Assembly (NCBI GenBank): GCA_963664325.2
Contig: CAXXDQ010000004.1
Span: 704,001 to 768,000, forward strand
Length of the DNA stretch: 64,000 bases
Direction of reading: 5' to 3'
Origin: Desulfomonilia bacterium
GTDB taxonomy: Bacteria; Desulfobacterota; Desulfomonilia; UBA1062
The position numbers and the translations under genes are program-made. The notes below the pieces were generated by a model. The model was not told the DNA's origin and ran no database searches. It saw only the letters and a program-made list of their open reading frames with translations. Shown here one piece after another: positions 44,026 to 56,471 of the stretch. Within the stretch, counting starts at the first letter, position 1, and every line of letters starts with the position of its first letter.

Positions 44026-46155
44026 ATGAAGCGAAACATTAATTTATTACTGATAATGATGATACCGCTGATGGTATTGTCGGGGTGCATCCTCACAACC
44101 ACCCCGAAAGAGGGTACTCCCATCAGTCTGGTCTGGGGCCAGAAACAGGCGTTCTCGGTCTCGGGCATGGGTACAAATCAATGGTACGTGGACAGTAACC
44201 TTATAACTGGTGAGACCAAAGCCAAGTATACCTTCAACAGCTACCTGTTCGGTCTCGGCAGCCACGAGGTAAAAGTCATAAACACTTTCGCACTGGGTGG
44301 CGGAGAGGCTGTCTGGACGGTCAATGTTAGTTCGACCCCGACCACTGTACCCCTGGCCACGGGCTGTGCGGATATCATGAACGCAGGCCTCATATGCGAC
44401 ACCACGCTCAACTGCAGCGACACGGTCCCTGAAGGTTCGGTGATCAGCCAGACACCGGAAGCGGGTGCCAGCGTGCCGGCAGGAACAACGGTGCACCTGA
44501 GCATCTCCAGCGGTTTGTGCACCAATCATGAAGTGGCTGTTCCGGCCGCAACGAGCTGTGCGGATATTGAAGCAGCGGGCCTTGTATGCAGCGTTTTCCA
44601 TAGCTGCAGCAACGAAGTCCCGGCAGGCATGGTAATCAGCCAGGCCCCGGTAGCGGGCACCATGGTAGTACCCGGAACGACAGTGACGCTTGAGATCTCC
44701 ACAGGCCCGTGCACGGGCGGGGAGATAGCGGTACCCAACGCTACAAGCTGTGATGATGTCGAGGCTGCAGGCTTTGTTTGCAGCCGCGAAAGGGAATGCA
44801 ACAATACCGTGCCTGAAGACGATGTAATCCGCCAGTCTCCGGCCCCCGGAGTCATGGCAATGCCCGGCACAACGGTAACCCTGACCCTGTCTACGGGGCC
44901 ATGTCCGCTGCTGGTGCCGGATGCGACATCCTGCTCCGAGCTCGAGGCCGCAGGCCTTGTGTGCAACCTGGTTGAAACCTGCAGCAACGAGGTGCCTGAG
45001 GCAGGAGGATTCATAAGCCTGAGCCCGCCTGCAGGTACGCCTACGGAACTGGGTGCGGTTGTGACACTTGTACTGTCGACCGGACCATGCACAGTGGAGG
45101 TGCCGGCCGCCGCGAGCTGTGCCGATATTGAGGCCGCCGGCCTTTTGTGCAGCATGAGCACACAGTGCAGCGATACCGTTGCCGAAGGTTCGGTGATCAG
45201 CCAGGATCCTGCGCCTGGTGCCATGGTGTCTCCGGGATCAACGGTTCAACTGGTCCTTTCGAGCGGTCCGTGTACAATACAGCTCCCTGCGCCAACAAAT
45301 GTTCAGGCAACGGATGTCGTACTGACCTCTCAAACCGACCCGCTGCTGAACAGCAACTTCAACAATAAGGTAAGGGTCACATGGAATGCGGTGCCTTATG
45401 CGCAGGCCTACAAGATATACCGTTCAGATTCACCCACAGGAACATATGACCTTGTCGGAACAGTCATAGCTCCTACGACATCATTTAACGACATGCAGAC
45501 CGAGGTGCTCACGCTCCCGACATGGCCCGACCCGCTCACCACTGAGGCTCTTGATACTTATGAGGCCGCAGCTAGGGCAGTTGTAAACAATTTCAAGAAC
45601 TTCAAGTACTATAAGGTCAAGGCCTGCAGTGCCGATCCTTTCCACCCCAACAGTGAGATGAGCGCCTATGATGAAGGCCGCATGGACTACACGCTTGAGG
45701 AATTCTACACCATAACCACAGGAGTGATCGAGGGGATTCCGATGGCAAAGATGATACTGGCTGCCAGTCCCATGGCAATAGGCACCAACATGTACTTCTA
45801 TGATTCGTGCGGCAGCGGGCAGATGCATGTTTCCATTACCGAGGACAGTCCTGCCAATATGAGTATTACCATTTCCAATTTCGTCGAATCCCTGGTCTTC
45901 ACTTCAGGCGGCGGCATCAACTGCAGTGAGAGCGGCGGCAGACGCATGATAATAAACAGCCTGGTCTCATCTGAAGATATCGATTTAGACATAAACGGAA
46001 CCCTGACAGGTTCGATGGATTTCACGGGCAATTATGCCGGCAAGTTCACGAGCATGAGTGTTCCTGTCACCGGCGGGGTGCTGCAGACCGGGACATGCAC
46101 CGTTATATACAACGGCCAGACTTCAACAGGCCACACCTGCAGTTTCTTCGACTAA
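44026..46155 (+). CDS. Cassette 1 gene B: lipoprotein, 5 Cys-rich PASTA repeats, Fn3-like domain, C-terminal domain
   Basis: Lipobox LSGC; VP...AGL.C...CS.TVPEG.VISQ.P.AG..V..GTTV.L..S.G.C x5; PTNVQA..VTWNAV..YKIYRS. Confidence 0.8.
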   Translation: MKRNINLLLIMMIPLMVLSGCILTTTPKEGTPISLVWGQKQAFSVSGMGTNQWYVDSNLITGETKAKYTFNSYLFGLGSHEVKVINTFALGGGEAVWTVNVSSTPTTVPLATGCADIMNAGLICDTTLNCSDTVPEGSVISQTPEAGASVPAGTTVHLSISSGLCTNHEVAVPAATSCADIEAAGLVCSVFHSCSNEVPAGMVISQAPVAGTMVVPGTTVTLEISTGPCTGGEIAVPNATSCDDVEAAGFVCSRERECNNTVPEDDVIRQSPAPGVMAMPGTTVTLTLSTGPCPLLVPDATSCSELEAAGLVCNLVETCSNEVPEAGGFISLSPPAGTPTELGAVVTLVLSTGPCTVEVPAAASCADIEAAGLLCSMSTQCSDTVAEGSVISQDPAPGAMVSPGSTVQLVLSSGPCTIQLPAPTNVQATDVVLTSQTDPLLNSNFNNKVRVTWNAVPYAQAYKIYRSDSPTGTYDLVGTVIAPTTSFNDMQTEVLTLPTWPDPLTTEALDTYEAAARAVVNNFKNFKYYKVKACSADPFHPNSEMSAYDEGRMDYTLEEFYTITTGVIEGIPMAKMILAASPMAIGTNMYFYDSCGSGQMHVSITEDSPANMSITISNFVESLVFTSGGGINCSESGGRRMIINSLVSSEDIDLDINGTLTGSMDFTGNYAGKFTSMSVPVTGGVLQTGTCTVIYNGQTSTGHTCSFFD

Positions 46156-46167
46156 GAGGAGGTTATA

Positions 46168-48659
46168 ATGAGAAAACACATATTATTGATTTTTATCGTC
46201 ATGTTAACAGTTATGCTGGGAGGGTGTATAATAGGAAAAACACCTTCATTAGATAATGTCACCATGTCCTATGGCGAAACGAAGACATTCAGCATAAAAG
46301 TAATAGGGGACCATACCTATACCTGGACCCTTGACGGTGTTCCCCTTTCAGAAACAGGGAAATCCTATAATTATACAGCACTGGCAGGCAAACATATCCT
46401 CATAGTCCGTGCGACATACACCTATGGTGAGGACACTGAGGTCTGGAACATCTTTGCAAACAGTCCGCCAGCCGCCAATGCCGGGCCGACCCAGACCGTC
46501 ACGGAGGGTATAACCGTAACGTTAGACGCCTCCAATTCAACAGACCCTGACGGCGATATAGCCTCCTATCTCTGGGAACAGACAGGAGGCCCTGCAGTCA
46601 CACTCTCCGATGCAAGTGCCATACAACCTACGTTCACATCGCCCATTGTACCTATCGGAGGGGCAGCTCTCACCTTCAAAGTGACCGTAACTGATGCAAC
46701 CTCTCTGACATCAACCGCCACCACGATAGTCAATGTAACCTGGTCGAACAGGCCGCCAACAGCTAATGCCGGTCCTGACCAGACGGTCGGCGAGAATGTA
46801 ACCGTGGCCCTTAACGCATCTGGCTCGACAGACCCGGATGACGGGATCGCATCCTATTCATGGGAGCAGATAGAAGGGCCATTGCCTTATGTAACGCTAT
46901 CAGACCCGGGTGCGGTGAACCCGACATTCACGTCCCCCTATGTAGGCATCGGTGGAGAAGCGCTTGTCTTCAAACTGACAGTAACCGATGTCGGAGGCCT
47001 CAAATCGACCGATACCGTCATCGTTAATGTTACCTGGTCAAACCTGCCGCCGACAGCTGAAGCAGGCCCGGACCAAGCTGTCTCAGAGGGCAGCATTGTA
47101 ACGCTCGATGCTTCATCTTCCGTCGATACGGATGACGGCATAGCATCCTACGCCTGGTTACAGACTGGCGGCGCTGTGGTCACACTCTCCAATCCTGCTG
47201 CCGTGAAGCCGACATTCACAACCCCTGATGTGGGAATGGCGGGGGATGTCCTGACCTTTGAGCTCACCGTAACCGATAATGGAGGACTCCAAGCGACAGA
47301 TACAGTAACAATCACAATCAACTGGGTAAACGCACCGCCGGTGGCCAATGCGGGTCCTGACCAGAGCATAGTCAAAGATTCAGTGGTAACACTAGACGGC
47401 ACGGCCTCAACCGATCCTGACGACGGGATTGCTTCATATCTCTGGCAGCAGATAAGCGGGCCGGCAGTAACACTTCTCAATGCAAACACAGACACCGCAA
47501 CATTCACGGCAAACGTTGCAGTCAATTCAGTGCTTACCTTCAGACTGACCGTAACCGATGTCGGCGGACTGACAGGAACAGATACATGCTCAGTTACAAT
47601 TCTCGCTGCCCCCATATACGTCAAGATATCCGGCGGGATTTCCTACTCCGTAGCCATCAAGAGCGACGGTACTCTCTGGGCCTGGGGGCTTAACGCATAC
47701 GGCCAGCTGGGTGACGGGACCACGATAGACAAGAATGTTCCCACTCAGATCGGCACTGATACCAACTGGGCTTCAGTAGCAGCCGGGGATCGCCATACAG
47801 TGGCCATCAAGACTGACGGTACGCTCTGGGCCTGGGGATACAACGCAAACGGCCAGCTCGGCGACGGAACCACAGCCCTGAAGATAGTTCCTATTCAGAT
47901 CGGCACAGGCACAAACTGGATTTTAGTGGACGCAGGGGCCAGGCACACAGTGGCCATGAAGAACGATGCCTCTATCTGGGCCTGGGGTGACAACAGCAGA
48001 GGCCAGCTTGGCGATGGGACCACAACTACCAGGCTGGTTCCAACCAAGATCGGCAGCAACACCTGGGTCATGATAAATGCCGGCGCCCTTCATACCGCGG
48101 CCATTGACACTGCCGGTAAGCTCTGGACCTGGGGTGCCAACAACTACGGCCAGCTTGGCGACGGGACCCTGGTGGACAGACTGGTTCCCACTCATATCGG
48201 TACAGACACAACCTGGGTGCAGGTAAACGCCGGTGACAACCATACAGTGGCAATAAAGGCCGCCGGGACCCTGTGGGCCTGGGGCTATAACAACTACGGC
48301 CAGCTCGGCGACGGGACCACGGTAAACAAGACGGCGCCCCCACTCAGATAGGCATTGCAACCTCCTGGGCATCCGGCAGATGCCGGGACTTCGCATACTG
48401 TTGCAGTAATGACCGACGGGACGCTATGGGCCTGGGGTTATAACAGCAACGGGCAGCTTCGGGCTCGGAGACACGGTCCAACAGAGCAGCCCCAGCGCAG
48501 GTAGGCTCGGACACCGATTGGGCTACCGCGGATGCCGGCTACTGGCACAGCCTGGCCAAGAAGGCGGACGGGACGCTTTGGACCTGCGGTTATAACAATA
48601 AAGGTCAGCTCGGCGACGGGACCACTGTTGACAAGTGGGTCCTGACACAGATCTGGTGA
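46168..48659 (+). CDS. Cassette 1 gene C: lipoprotein, 4 PKD-like repeats plus 7 RCC1 repeats (several indels after 48335)
   Basis: Lipobox LGGC; [13 protein letters not shown] x5 in the ORF, blades 6-7 continue in shifted frames to TGA 48657-48659. Confidence 0.8.
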
Positions 48660-48778
48660 AGCTTAAGGAATACAGGTCATGAAACTATATAACTTAAATA
48701 GAAAAATATTATGGCTCCCAGAAAAGGTAAGGACTGCAACTTCAGCGTTGCATGTCAAATAAAATGCAGGAGGTTACA

Positions 48779-51263
48779 ATGAAGAGAAATGCAATTTTGC
48801 TGGCCATGCTATCAATCATGGCAATATGGTTGAGCGGCTGTATCCTTTCAAGCAGTCCTACAGCCACGGAAATATCACTCAAGGTAGGGGACTCGCAGAA
48901 GTTCGCTGTCACTGGATCAGATGAACGGCCCGCTACACTTGGTTCTTGAACGAAAACCCGATCAGCGGTGTTACCACCGCTTCCTATACCTACCTGGCGA
49001 TCATGGCGGACATAGGCCAGAACGTCATCAAGGTGGAGACACAGGACAAGGTTTCGGGCAAGATCGTGAGCAAGGAATGGACTGTCCAATGTCTCAGAAG
49101 ACCAGCCGCCGGTCGCCAATGCCGGACCCGACCAGGACGTGATCTTTAACGGCAGTTCGGTTTGCTCTTGACGGCAGCGGCAGCTTCGACCCTGAAAGCG
49201 AGTCCCTGACCTACATCTGGGAGATAGTCGCGCAGCCTGCAGGCAGCACCTGCTCACTCGACAATCCTGGCGCCATTATGCCGAGCTTCGTCCCTGACAA
49301 GGAAGGCGCCTATACAATACGCCTGATAGTCAATGACGGCAGGCAGAACAGCCTTCCTGACGCAGTCGTCATCAATGTCTATACAACTTTCAGCCCGCCG
49401 GTGGCCAATGCCGGAACCGATCAGAATGTTCTTTTCGGCAATGACACTGTTCTCGACGGAACGGCCAGCACCGATTTCAGCGGCCACGGGCTTACCTACA
49501 AATGGACGATCGATTCAGGCCCGGCCGGCAGCGCCGCAACACTTGACGATCCCACAAAGTCCCAGCCGGTGTTCACCCCGGACAAGAAGGGCATGTATGT
49601 AATAAGCCTGGTCGTTAATGACACCCTTAACGACAGCAACACTGACTGGGTAGTGATTAACGTCTACAACAACGCACCCATCGCCAGGGCCGGTGTGGAT
49701 ATCGTTGTCCCGGACCTCGGCGGCACGGCTTATATCAACGGCAGTGCAAGCTCAGACCCTGATGGAACACCGCTGAGCTTTGAGTGGACACTCACCTCAA
49801 AGCCCATGGGCAGTACTGCAGAACTCAACAACGCAAACATCGCAACCCCGACTCTTAATCCTGACAAAAAAGGTGCGTATCTAGTAAAACTGGTCGTGAG
49901 CGACGGCGACTTGAGCAGCTCTGATATGATCATGGTCACCTGCTCTAACCAGGTGCCCGTGGCAGAAGCAGGGGACCCCATCACCATCCCGTTCCTGGGC
50001 ACGGCGCAGCTTAACGGAAGCGGCTCAGACCCTGACAATGACCCTATTACCTATTCATGGTCAGTAACCTCGGCTCCGGAAGGCAGCACGGCCGCAATCT
50101 CCAATCCCAATATCGCGAACCCGACCTTCACTCCTGACATCAAGGGTGTGTATGAATTGAGCCTGATAGTTACCGACAACGATGTGCCGCCAATTTCCAG
50201 CGCACCCGACACGGTAACCATCACTACCACCAACCACGCACCTGCAGCCAATGCCGGCGCAGACATCAACATTAACCTGTTCGGCACTGCGCATCTTAGC
50301 GGCAGCGGTTCGGACATCGACGGAGACCCGATTGTGGGCTATGCATGGACTATCATAAACACGCCATTCGGCAGCACCGCAACTATCTCCGATCCGGCCC
50401 TGGCAAACCCGACCTTCACCCCGGATAAGAAGGGTGACTATCAGCTCGGTCTTATCGTGTTTGACGGAACAGACTGGAGCCTTGTTGCGGACACCGTTAT
50501 GGTTCATGTATTCAACAACCGGCCCATTGCCGTCATCACCGGCCCGGCCCAGCCCACCCATTATGCCAACCGCACTTTCACGCTCAGCGGTTCATCCAGC
50601 TACGACCCGGACGGCGACCTGATTCGGGGCTACAGGTGGGATTTGGTCAGCAAACCGGATGGCAGCAGTTTAGGAATCAGCAATCAGTACGCCGTGAGCC
50701 AGACCTTCACGCTCGATAAGCCCGGAACATATCTGGTCGACCTGTACGTGAACGACGGCATAATAGAAAGTACTGCCGCTGAATTTACCATCACAACGCC
50801 AACCGCTACGTACACCACATCCTTTGAGAGCGGTTCCACATTGGACAGCGGAGGCAACCAATGGGTCGAGTACAATACCAGCAACATGGGTACTATTGGG
50901 ACCACCACTTCTCAATACAATTCAGGATCGTATAGTTATGTAATAAAAGACTGTAATAATTTGTTGGGCAATTGCGGGTCTGGTTATGGCAAGTTAACCA
51001 ATTATACTGGGGCATACGTCATGTCAGTTACCTACTATGCATATACTCCTTATCTGGAAAAGTTCCCGGCTAATGGAGCCGGCCTTTTCGAGGGTGATAC
51101 CAAGCAGGTCGATTATCCCGGTGTAAACTCCTGGACACAGTATTCATGGGCTCCCAACCGGGCCGTAACGGATATTAATTTCAGGCTTAACGGGACCGGG
51201 GGTGCTACCTGGATATCCCATGTTATGTACTTCGATGACATCAGTGTCACTGTTTGGCAGTAA
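48779..51263 (+). CDS. Cassette 2 gene A: lipoprotein, 6 PKD/REJ-like repeats plus variable C-terminal domain (4 single-base insertions 48915-49165)
   Basis: Signal peptide nearly identical to A1; ORFs 48752, 48946 and 49278 join when four bases are removed; ends FDDISVTVWQ. Confidence 0.78.
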
Positions 51264-51383
51264 TTACAGTATGGTAATGCAGGGGGAAGGTGTGAAGCCT
51301 TCCTCCCCGCATAAACATACCGGTGCTGGGGCCTTTGGAATTGGCCGCTTGAGCCGGGCATTAAAATAAGACGGAGGTAATGC

Positions 51384-53537
51384 ATGAAGCGAACAATAAA
51401 TCTTTTACTGATAATGATGATACCGCTCCTGGTATTGTCGGGGTGTATTATATCATCCAACCCCCCGGCCGGTACCATCAAGCTAACCTGGGGCCAGAGC
51501 CAGACATTCAAGGTTTCGGGTATGGGGACATATCAATGGTATCTGAATACTGCTCCCATAACCGGTGAAACCAAGTCAAGCTACGTCTTCAAGAGCACCG
51601 AGCACGTGCTCGGGGACTATGAGCTCAAGGTCATATCGACATCTCCATTAGGCAACGGTGAACGCGTCTGGACTATCAACGTGACCTCGGTTCCAAACAT
51701 AGTGCCAACGGCCACGGGTTGTTCAGACCTTACCAATGTGGGCCTCGTGTGCGACACGGCGTTCAATTGCAGCGACACGGTCCCGAAGGGTGAAGTTATC
51801 AGCCAGACACCTGAAGCGGGAACCAGTGTGCCGGCAGGCACCACGGTGCACCTGACGCTCTCGAGCGGTCCGTGCAATACCAACGAAGTAGAGGTGCCGG
51901 CAGCTACAGACTGCGGCTCAATTGCCGCCGCCGGCCTTGTCTGCAGCACGAGTACCAGCTGCAGCAACGACGTCCCGGCAGGAGTGGTCCTCTCTCAGGA
52001 TCCGCCGGCCGGAACCATGGTCATACCTGGCACAACGGTTTTCCTTACACTTTCCTCAGGCGCATGCACGGCTGAGGTCGAAGTCCCCAACGCCACAAGC
52101 TGCGCGGATGTAGAGGCAGCAGGCTTTGTCTGCAGCAGGATCAGGGATTGCAGCATGACCGTTCCAAGGGACGGCGTGATCAACCAGTCTCCTGCGCCCG
52201 GAATGATGGCTATGCCCGGATCAGTGATATCCCTGAGTCTTTCATCCGGCATGTGCCAGTCACAGGTCCCTGATACGCAAAACTGCGAGGATATAGTGGC
52301 CGCCGGTCTCGTGTGCAGCATAGCGACGGTCTGCAGCGACGCATACCCGGTACCGGGTACGTTCCTTGGCATAAGCCCGGCCCCGGGCACAGGTATCGCC
52401 CCGGGTTCAACGGTTACCATCACACAGTCCAACGGACCCTGCACAGTTGTGGTACCTGATGCGGCAACCTGTGAAGAAATCGTAAGCGCAAGCGGCGGCT
52501 GGCTGACATGCAGCGTTTCCTATGAGTGCAACGATACGGTTCCGGCTGGAACAAAGCTGGGCCAGAACCCGGCCCCGGGCACTGTGGTGACCCCGGGAAC
52601 AGCGGTAGAACTGCTCATCTGCAGCGGCCCATGCCCGGTAATGCTGCCGACGCCTCAGAACGTGAGCGCATCGGATGTCATACTGACCTCTCAGACCGAC
52701 CCGATGCAGAACCATAACTTCAATAACAAGGTGAGGGTCACATGGGATGCGGTCGAGGGGGCAGAGTCTTACAAGATATACCGCGCCAATTCCGCGGTAG
52801 GGACTTATACGCTGATCGGGACTTCTACGACTTTGACTTATGACGACATGCAGAGCGCACAGGAAATTCCGACCCTGGTGCTGCCGGCATGGCCATCGCT
52901 CCCGAGCGACGACCCGGCAACTGCCACAGCGAACCTCAATGCCTACGAGGCGGCTGCACGGCCGATCGCACAGAATTTCAAGGATTTCAAGTACTATAAG
53001 GTCAAGGCCGCAACCACTGATCCTGCTTATACCGACAGCGCCTTCAGCGCCTATGACGAGGGACGCATAGATTACACCGCACAGGAATTTTACGACATTG
53101 CAAAGCTGGTGGGCATGGGGATCCCGATGGCAAGGCTGTTCATAGCGGCTTCCCCTATCGGACTGGGCACCAATGCATTCTGGTACGACGCATGCGGCGA
53201 CGGATACATGAACCTCAAGATAGCCATGGAGGGCCTCGGCGGCAGGGTAACGGCGACTATCTCCAATTTCGTCGAATCCCTGTACTACAATGTACTCACC
53301 AACATGGTCGACTGCAGCCCAACCAAGAGAAAGCTTATGATAGTCAACGGCGGGATAACCGGTACGGTCAATATAAGCATGAACGGCACTGCAACAGGTT
53401 CAATTGCCATAACAGGGAATTACGCAGGCAAGCTCAATGACATAACGATTCCTGTCGTATCTGGATCGATAGAGCCGGGTACAGCGACCATGGTTTATAA
53501 CGGCGAGACCATACCCGGATTCGTGTTCTCATTCTAG
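51384..53537 (+). CDS. Cassette 2 gene B: Cys-rich PASTA/Fn3-like lipoprotein
   Basis: Colinear paralog of 44026-46155, 5 repeats. Confidence 0.82.
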   Translation: MKRTINLLLIMMIPLLVLSGCIISSNPPAGTIKLTWGQSQTFKVSGMGTYQWYLNTAPITGETKSSYVFKSTEHVLGDYELKVISTSPLGNGERVWTINVTSVPNIVPTATGCSDLTNVGLVCDTAFNCSDTVPKGEVISQTPEAGTSVPAGTTVHLTLSSGPCNTNEVEVPAATDCGSIAAAGLVCSTSTSCSNDVPAGVVLSQDPPAGTMVIPGTTVFLTLSSGACTAEVEVPNATSCADVEAAGFVCSRIRDCSMTVPRDGVINQSPAPGMMAMPGSVISLSLSSGMCQSQVPDTQNCEDIVAAGLVCSIATVCSDAYPVPGTFLGISPAPGTGIAPGSTVTITQSNGPCTVVVPDAATCEEIVSASGGWLTCSVSYECNDTVPAGTKLGQNPAPGTVVTPGTAVELLICSGPCPVMLPTPQNVSASDVILTSQTDPMQNHNFNNKVRVTWDAVEGAESYKIYRANSAVGTYTLIGTSTTLTYDDMQSAQEIPTLVLPAWPSLPSDDPATATANLNAYEAAARPIAQNFKDFKYYKVKAATTDPAYTDSAFSAYDEGRIDYTAQEFYDIAKLVGMGIPMARLFIAASPIGLGTNAFWYDACGDGYMNLKIAMEGLGGRVTATISNFVESLYYNVLTNMVDCSPTKRKLMIVNGGITGTVNISMNGTATGSIAITGNYAGKLNDITIPVVSGSIEPGTATMVYNGETIPGFVFSF

Positions 53538-53546
53538 GAGGAGGTT

Positions 53547-56054
53547 ATGATGAGAAAATACATAGTATTAATTTTATTCGTAGCGCTGTCAGCCATGCTG
53601 AGCGGGTGCATAATAAGCAGGTCGCCCTCAACAAATACTGTCAATTTGCCTTATGGCAGTACGAAGACTTTTAGCGTGTCGGCCTGGCCAAGCGGCACCT
53701 ATACCTGGACTCTGGACGGAGACGTCATGCCGGTTACGGGGAATTCCTACAATTACACCGCTGAATCGGGAACGCATTTCCTCGTAGTGCGCGTACCGAA
53801 ATCCGCTATTGGCGAGGAGGTGCAGGCCTGGACCATCATCACTAACTATCCTCCAGTTGCCGATGCCGGAGGGAACCAGACTGTCGGAGAAAATGTGACC
53901 GTGATGCTTGACGGGTCCAATTCGACAGACCATGACGGCGATATAACCTCCTATGCCTGGGTGCAGACGGATGGCCCCGAGGTCACCCTTTCCGATGCGA
54001 GTGCGGTCCAGCCGACATTCACATCCCCGACTGTGGGCATGAGCGGCGCAGCCCTCGTATTTGAACTGACCGTGACCGATTCCACAGGGCTGACATCCAC
54101 CGCCAGCACGATCGTAAATGTCACCTGGTCGAATATGCCGCCGACAGCCGAGGCAGGCCCGAACCAGACTGTCCCTGATGGCAGTGTGACGGTAACCCTT
54201 GACGGCTCAGCATCCACGGACCCGGATGACGGGATCGCCTCCTACTTCTGGAAACAGACAGGCGGCCCCAGAGTCTTCCTGGACGATGCAACCGCAGTGA
54301 AGCCGACATTCGTGACCCCTGAAATCGTTCCAATAAGCGGGGAAGCAATCACCTTCAAACTGACGGTGACTGACAACGGCGGTCTGAAAGACAGCGATAC
54401 TGTCATAATCAACGTCAGCTGGTCCAACCTGCCGCCTACAGCCAATGCAGGACCTGACCAGACCGTCCCTGAGGGAACCCTGGTAACACTTAACGGGTCA
54501 GGTTCCACCGACCCGGATGACGGGATAGCTTCCTATGCCTGGGTGCAACTGGCAGGCCCGGCGGTCACGCTATCAGACCCGACCGCCATCAATCCGACAT
54601 TCATGCCACCGGATGTGAACATACCCGGAGCAACCCTTACCTTCCAGCTTACAGTAACGGATTTGGGAGGCCTCCAGTCGACAGACACCGTGACGATCAA
54701 TGTCACATGGGTTAACGCGCCGCCGGTGGCCAATGCGGGTCCTGACCAGAGTGTTGAGAGGTACTCGACGGTATACCTCGACGGTACGGGCTCAACCGAC
54801 CCGGATGCCGACGGTATCGCCTCGTACCACTGGATACAGACCGCGGGAGCTACAGTAACGATAAACAACGCCAACTCGGCCATTGCGAATTTCTTTACTC
54901 CCGCTACAGTCGGGGCGTCGTTTACCTTCCAGCTGACCGTGACCGATCCGGGCGGACTGTCATCAACGGATACCTGCATAGTTACGATCAATTCCAACGG
55001 ATCTTTCTTCAAGGCGATATCCGGCGGTTTCAGCTTCTCCCTGGCGATCAAGGTTGACGGGACACTCTGGGCATGGGGCTCCAATGCATATGGCCAGCTC
55101 GGCGACGGAACCACGGCAGACAAGATGTTCCTCACACAGGTGGGCTCCGATAATGACTGGGCCTCGGTGGCCGCCGGGGATTACCATGCCCTGGCCATCA
55201 AGACCGACGGATCGCTCTGGGCCTGGGGCTTTAACGGCAACGGACAGCTCGGTATGGGGGACACTATAACTAGGCTGGTCCCCACACAGGTGGGCACAGA
55301 CAATGACTGGACCGCAGTGGATGCAGGCGCATATCATTCCGTGGGTATAAAGGCCGACGGGACGCTCATGGCCTGGGGGTACAATGCCTTTGGGCAGCTT
55401 GGCAGCGGGTCCATGATAGACGCCAATGTCCCGTCATACGTGGGCGACGGTCTGCCCGGCTGGAGCAAGATAGACGCAGGTGCCTATCATACTGCCGCCA
55501 TCGACGGCAGCGGTAAGCTCTGGACCTGGGGCAAGAACACTACAGGCCAGCTCGGAATCGGGAACACTGTAAACCAGTATTCTCCTGTGCAGGTCGGCAG
55601 CGATACCACCTGGGCAAGCGTAAGCGCTGGCGATGAACAGACCATTGCCAAAAAGTCGGCAGGCACACTCTGGGGCTTCGGCAGGAACAACTTCGGCCAG
55701 CTCGGTGACGGCAGCACTACAAACAGGACGTCCCCGGTTCAGATAGGCAGCGCCACCAACTGGAGCAAGATGGATACCGGGACCACACATACCGCGGCCA
55801 TCAAGACAGACGGAACGTTATGGTGCTGGGGCTATAACAGCAACGGCCAGCTCGGCGACGGGACCACAACCAACAGGCTTGTCCCAACGCAGATCGACGG
55901 TACAGGCTGGCTTACGGCTGATGTCGGGCGTTTCCGCACACTGGGCATCAAGACCGACGAAACCCTCTGGGCCTGGGGCCTCAACAACTTCGGCCAGCTC
56001 GGCGATGGAACCACAGTGGACAAGTGGGTACCCACCCATATAATCATCCACTGA
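53547..56054 (+). CDS. Cassette 2 gene C: PKD-like plus 7-bladed RCC1 lipoprotein
   Basis: Lipobox LSGC; 4 PKD-like repeats; 7 W.WG.N..GQLG repeats. Confidence 0.88.
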   Translation: MMRKYIVLILFVALSAMLSGCIISRSPSTNTVNLPYGSTKTFSVSAWPSGTYTWTLDGDVMPVTGNSYNYTAESGTHFLVVRVPKSAIGEEVQAWTIITNYPPVADAGGNQTVGENVTVMLDGSNSTDHDGDITSYAWVQTDGPEVTLSDASAVQPTFTSPTVGMSGAALVFELTVTDSTGLTSTASTIVNVTWSNMPPTAEAGPNQTVPDGSVTVTLDGSASTDPDDGIASYFWKQTGGPRVFLDDATAVKPTFVTPEIVPISGEAITFKLTVTDNGGLKDSDTVIINVSWSNLPPTANAGPDQTVPEGTLVTLNGSGSTDPDDGIASYAWVQLAGPAVTLSDPTAINPTFMPPDVNIPGATLTFQLTVTDLGGLQSTDTVTINVTWVNAPPVANAGPDQSVERYSTVYLDGTGSTDPDADGIASYHWIQTAGATVTINNANSAIANFFTPATVGASFTFQLTVTDPGGLSSTDTCIVTINSNGSFFKAISGGFSFSLAIKVDGTLWAWGSNAYGQLGDGTTADKMFLTQVGSDNDWASVAAGDYHALAIKTDGSLWAWGFNGNGQLGMGDTITRLVPTQVGTDNDWTAVDAGAYHSVGIKADGTLMAWGYNAFGQLGSGSMIDANVPSYVGDGLPGWSKIDAGAYHTAAIDGSGKLWTWGKNTTGQLGIGNTVNQYSPVQVGSDTTWASVSAGDEQTIAKKSAGTLWGFGRNNFGQLGDGSTTNRTSPVQIGSATNWSKMDTGTTHTAAIKTDGTLWCWGYNSNGQLGDGTTTNRLVPTQIDGTGWLTADVGRFRTLGIKTDETLWAWGLNNFGQLGDGTTVDKWVPTHIIIH

Positions 56055-56108
56055 GACCGGCGAGGTGGGCAGGTAATAGATTCAAAAAGTAATTAAGCAA
56101 TAAATGAA

Positions 56109-56150
56109 AGGCACGGCCAGGGTTGTTGACCCTGGCCGTGCCTGCTTTTT
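56109..56150 (+). terminator. Intrinsic terminator ending cassettes 1+2
   Basis: 14-bp stem AGGCACGGCCAGGG/CCCTGGCCGTGCCT followed by GCTTTTT. Confidence 0.8.
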
Positions 56151-56471
56151 ATGGAAAAAACCGCTGCATATTTTTTATAAATCAGACAAATACGATTTTT
56201 TTAAATTAATCCGGTTTTTTCGTTATCAAAGTTGTACAAGGGTCTTCAAGGGTAGTTTCTATTGAACCTGATATCAACAAAGAAATAAATAAAGGAGTTT
56301 ATTGACTAATTATATCGCATGATTATTGTAATAGGTAGTTCAGTAACCAATAAGTTAATGGTGAGACTATACTGCCTCTGTACATGTCTCTGCCTGGTGA
56401 TGAGCCGCGGCTATGGCGCAAGCCTGTGATGACGCATGACATGGTTGTAAGGAATCATAGGACAGATCGGT

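Noticed and set aside
44047-56051. Numerous minus-strand ORFs of 60-230 aa over the cassettes and housekeeping genes
   Set aside because: Antisense shadows of well-supported genes, with no motifs of their own.
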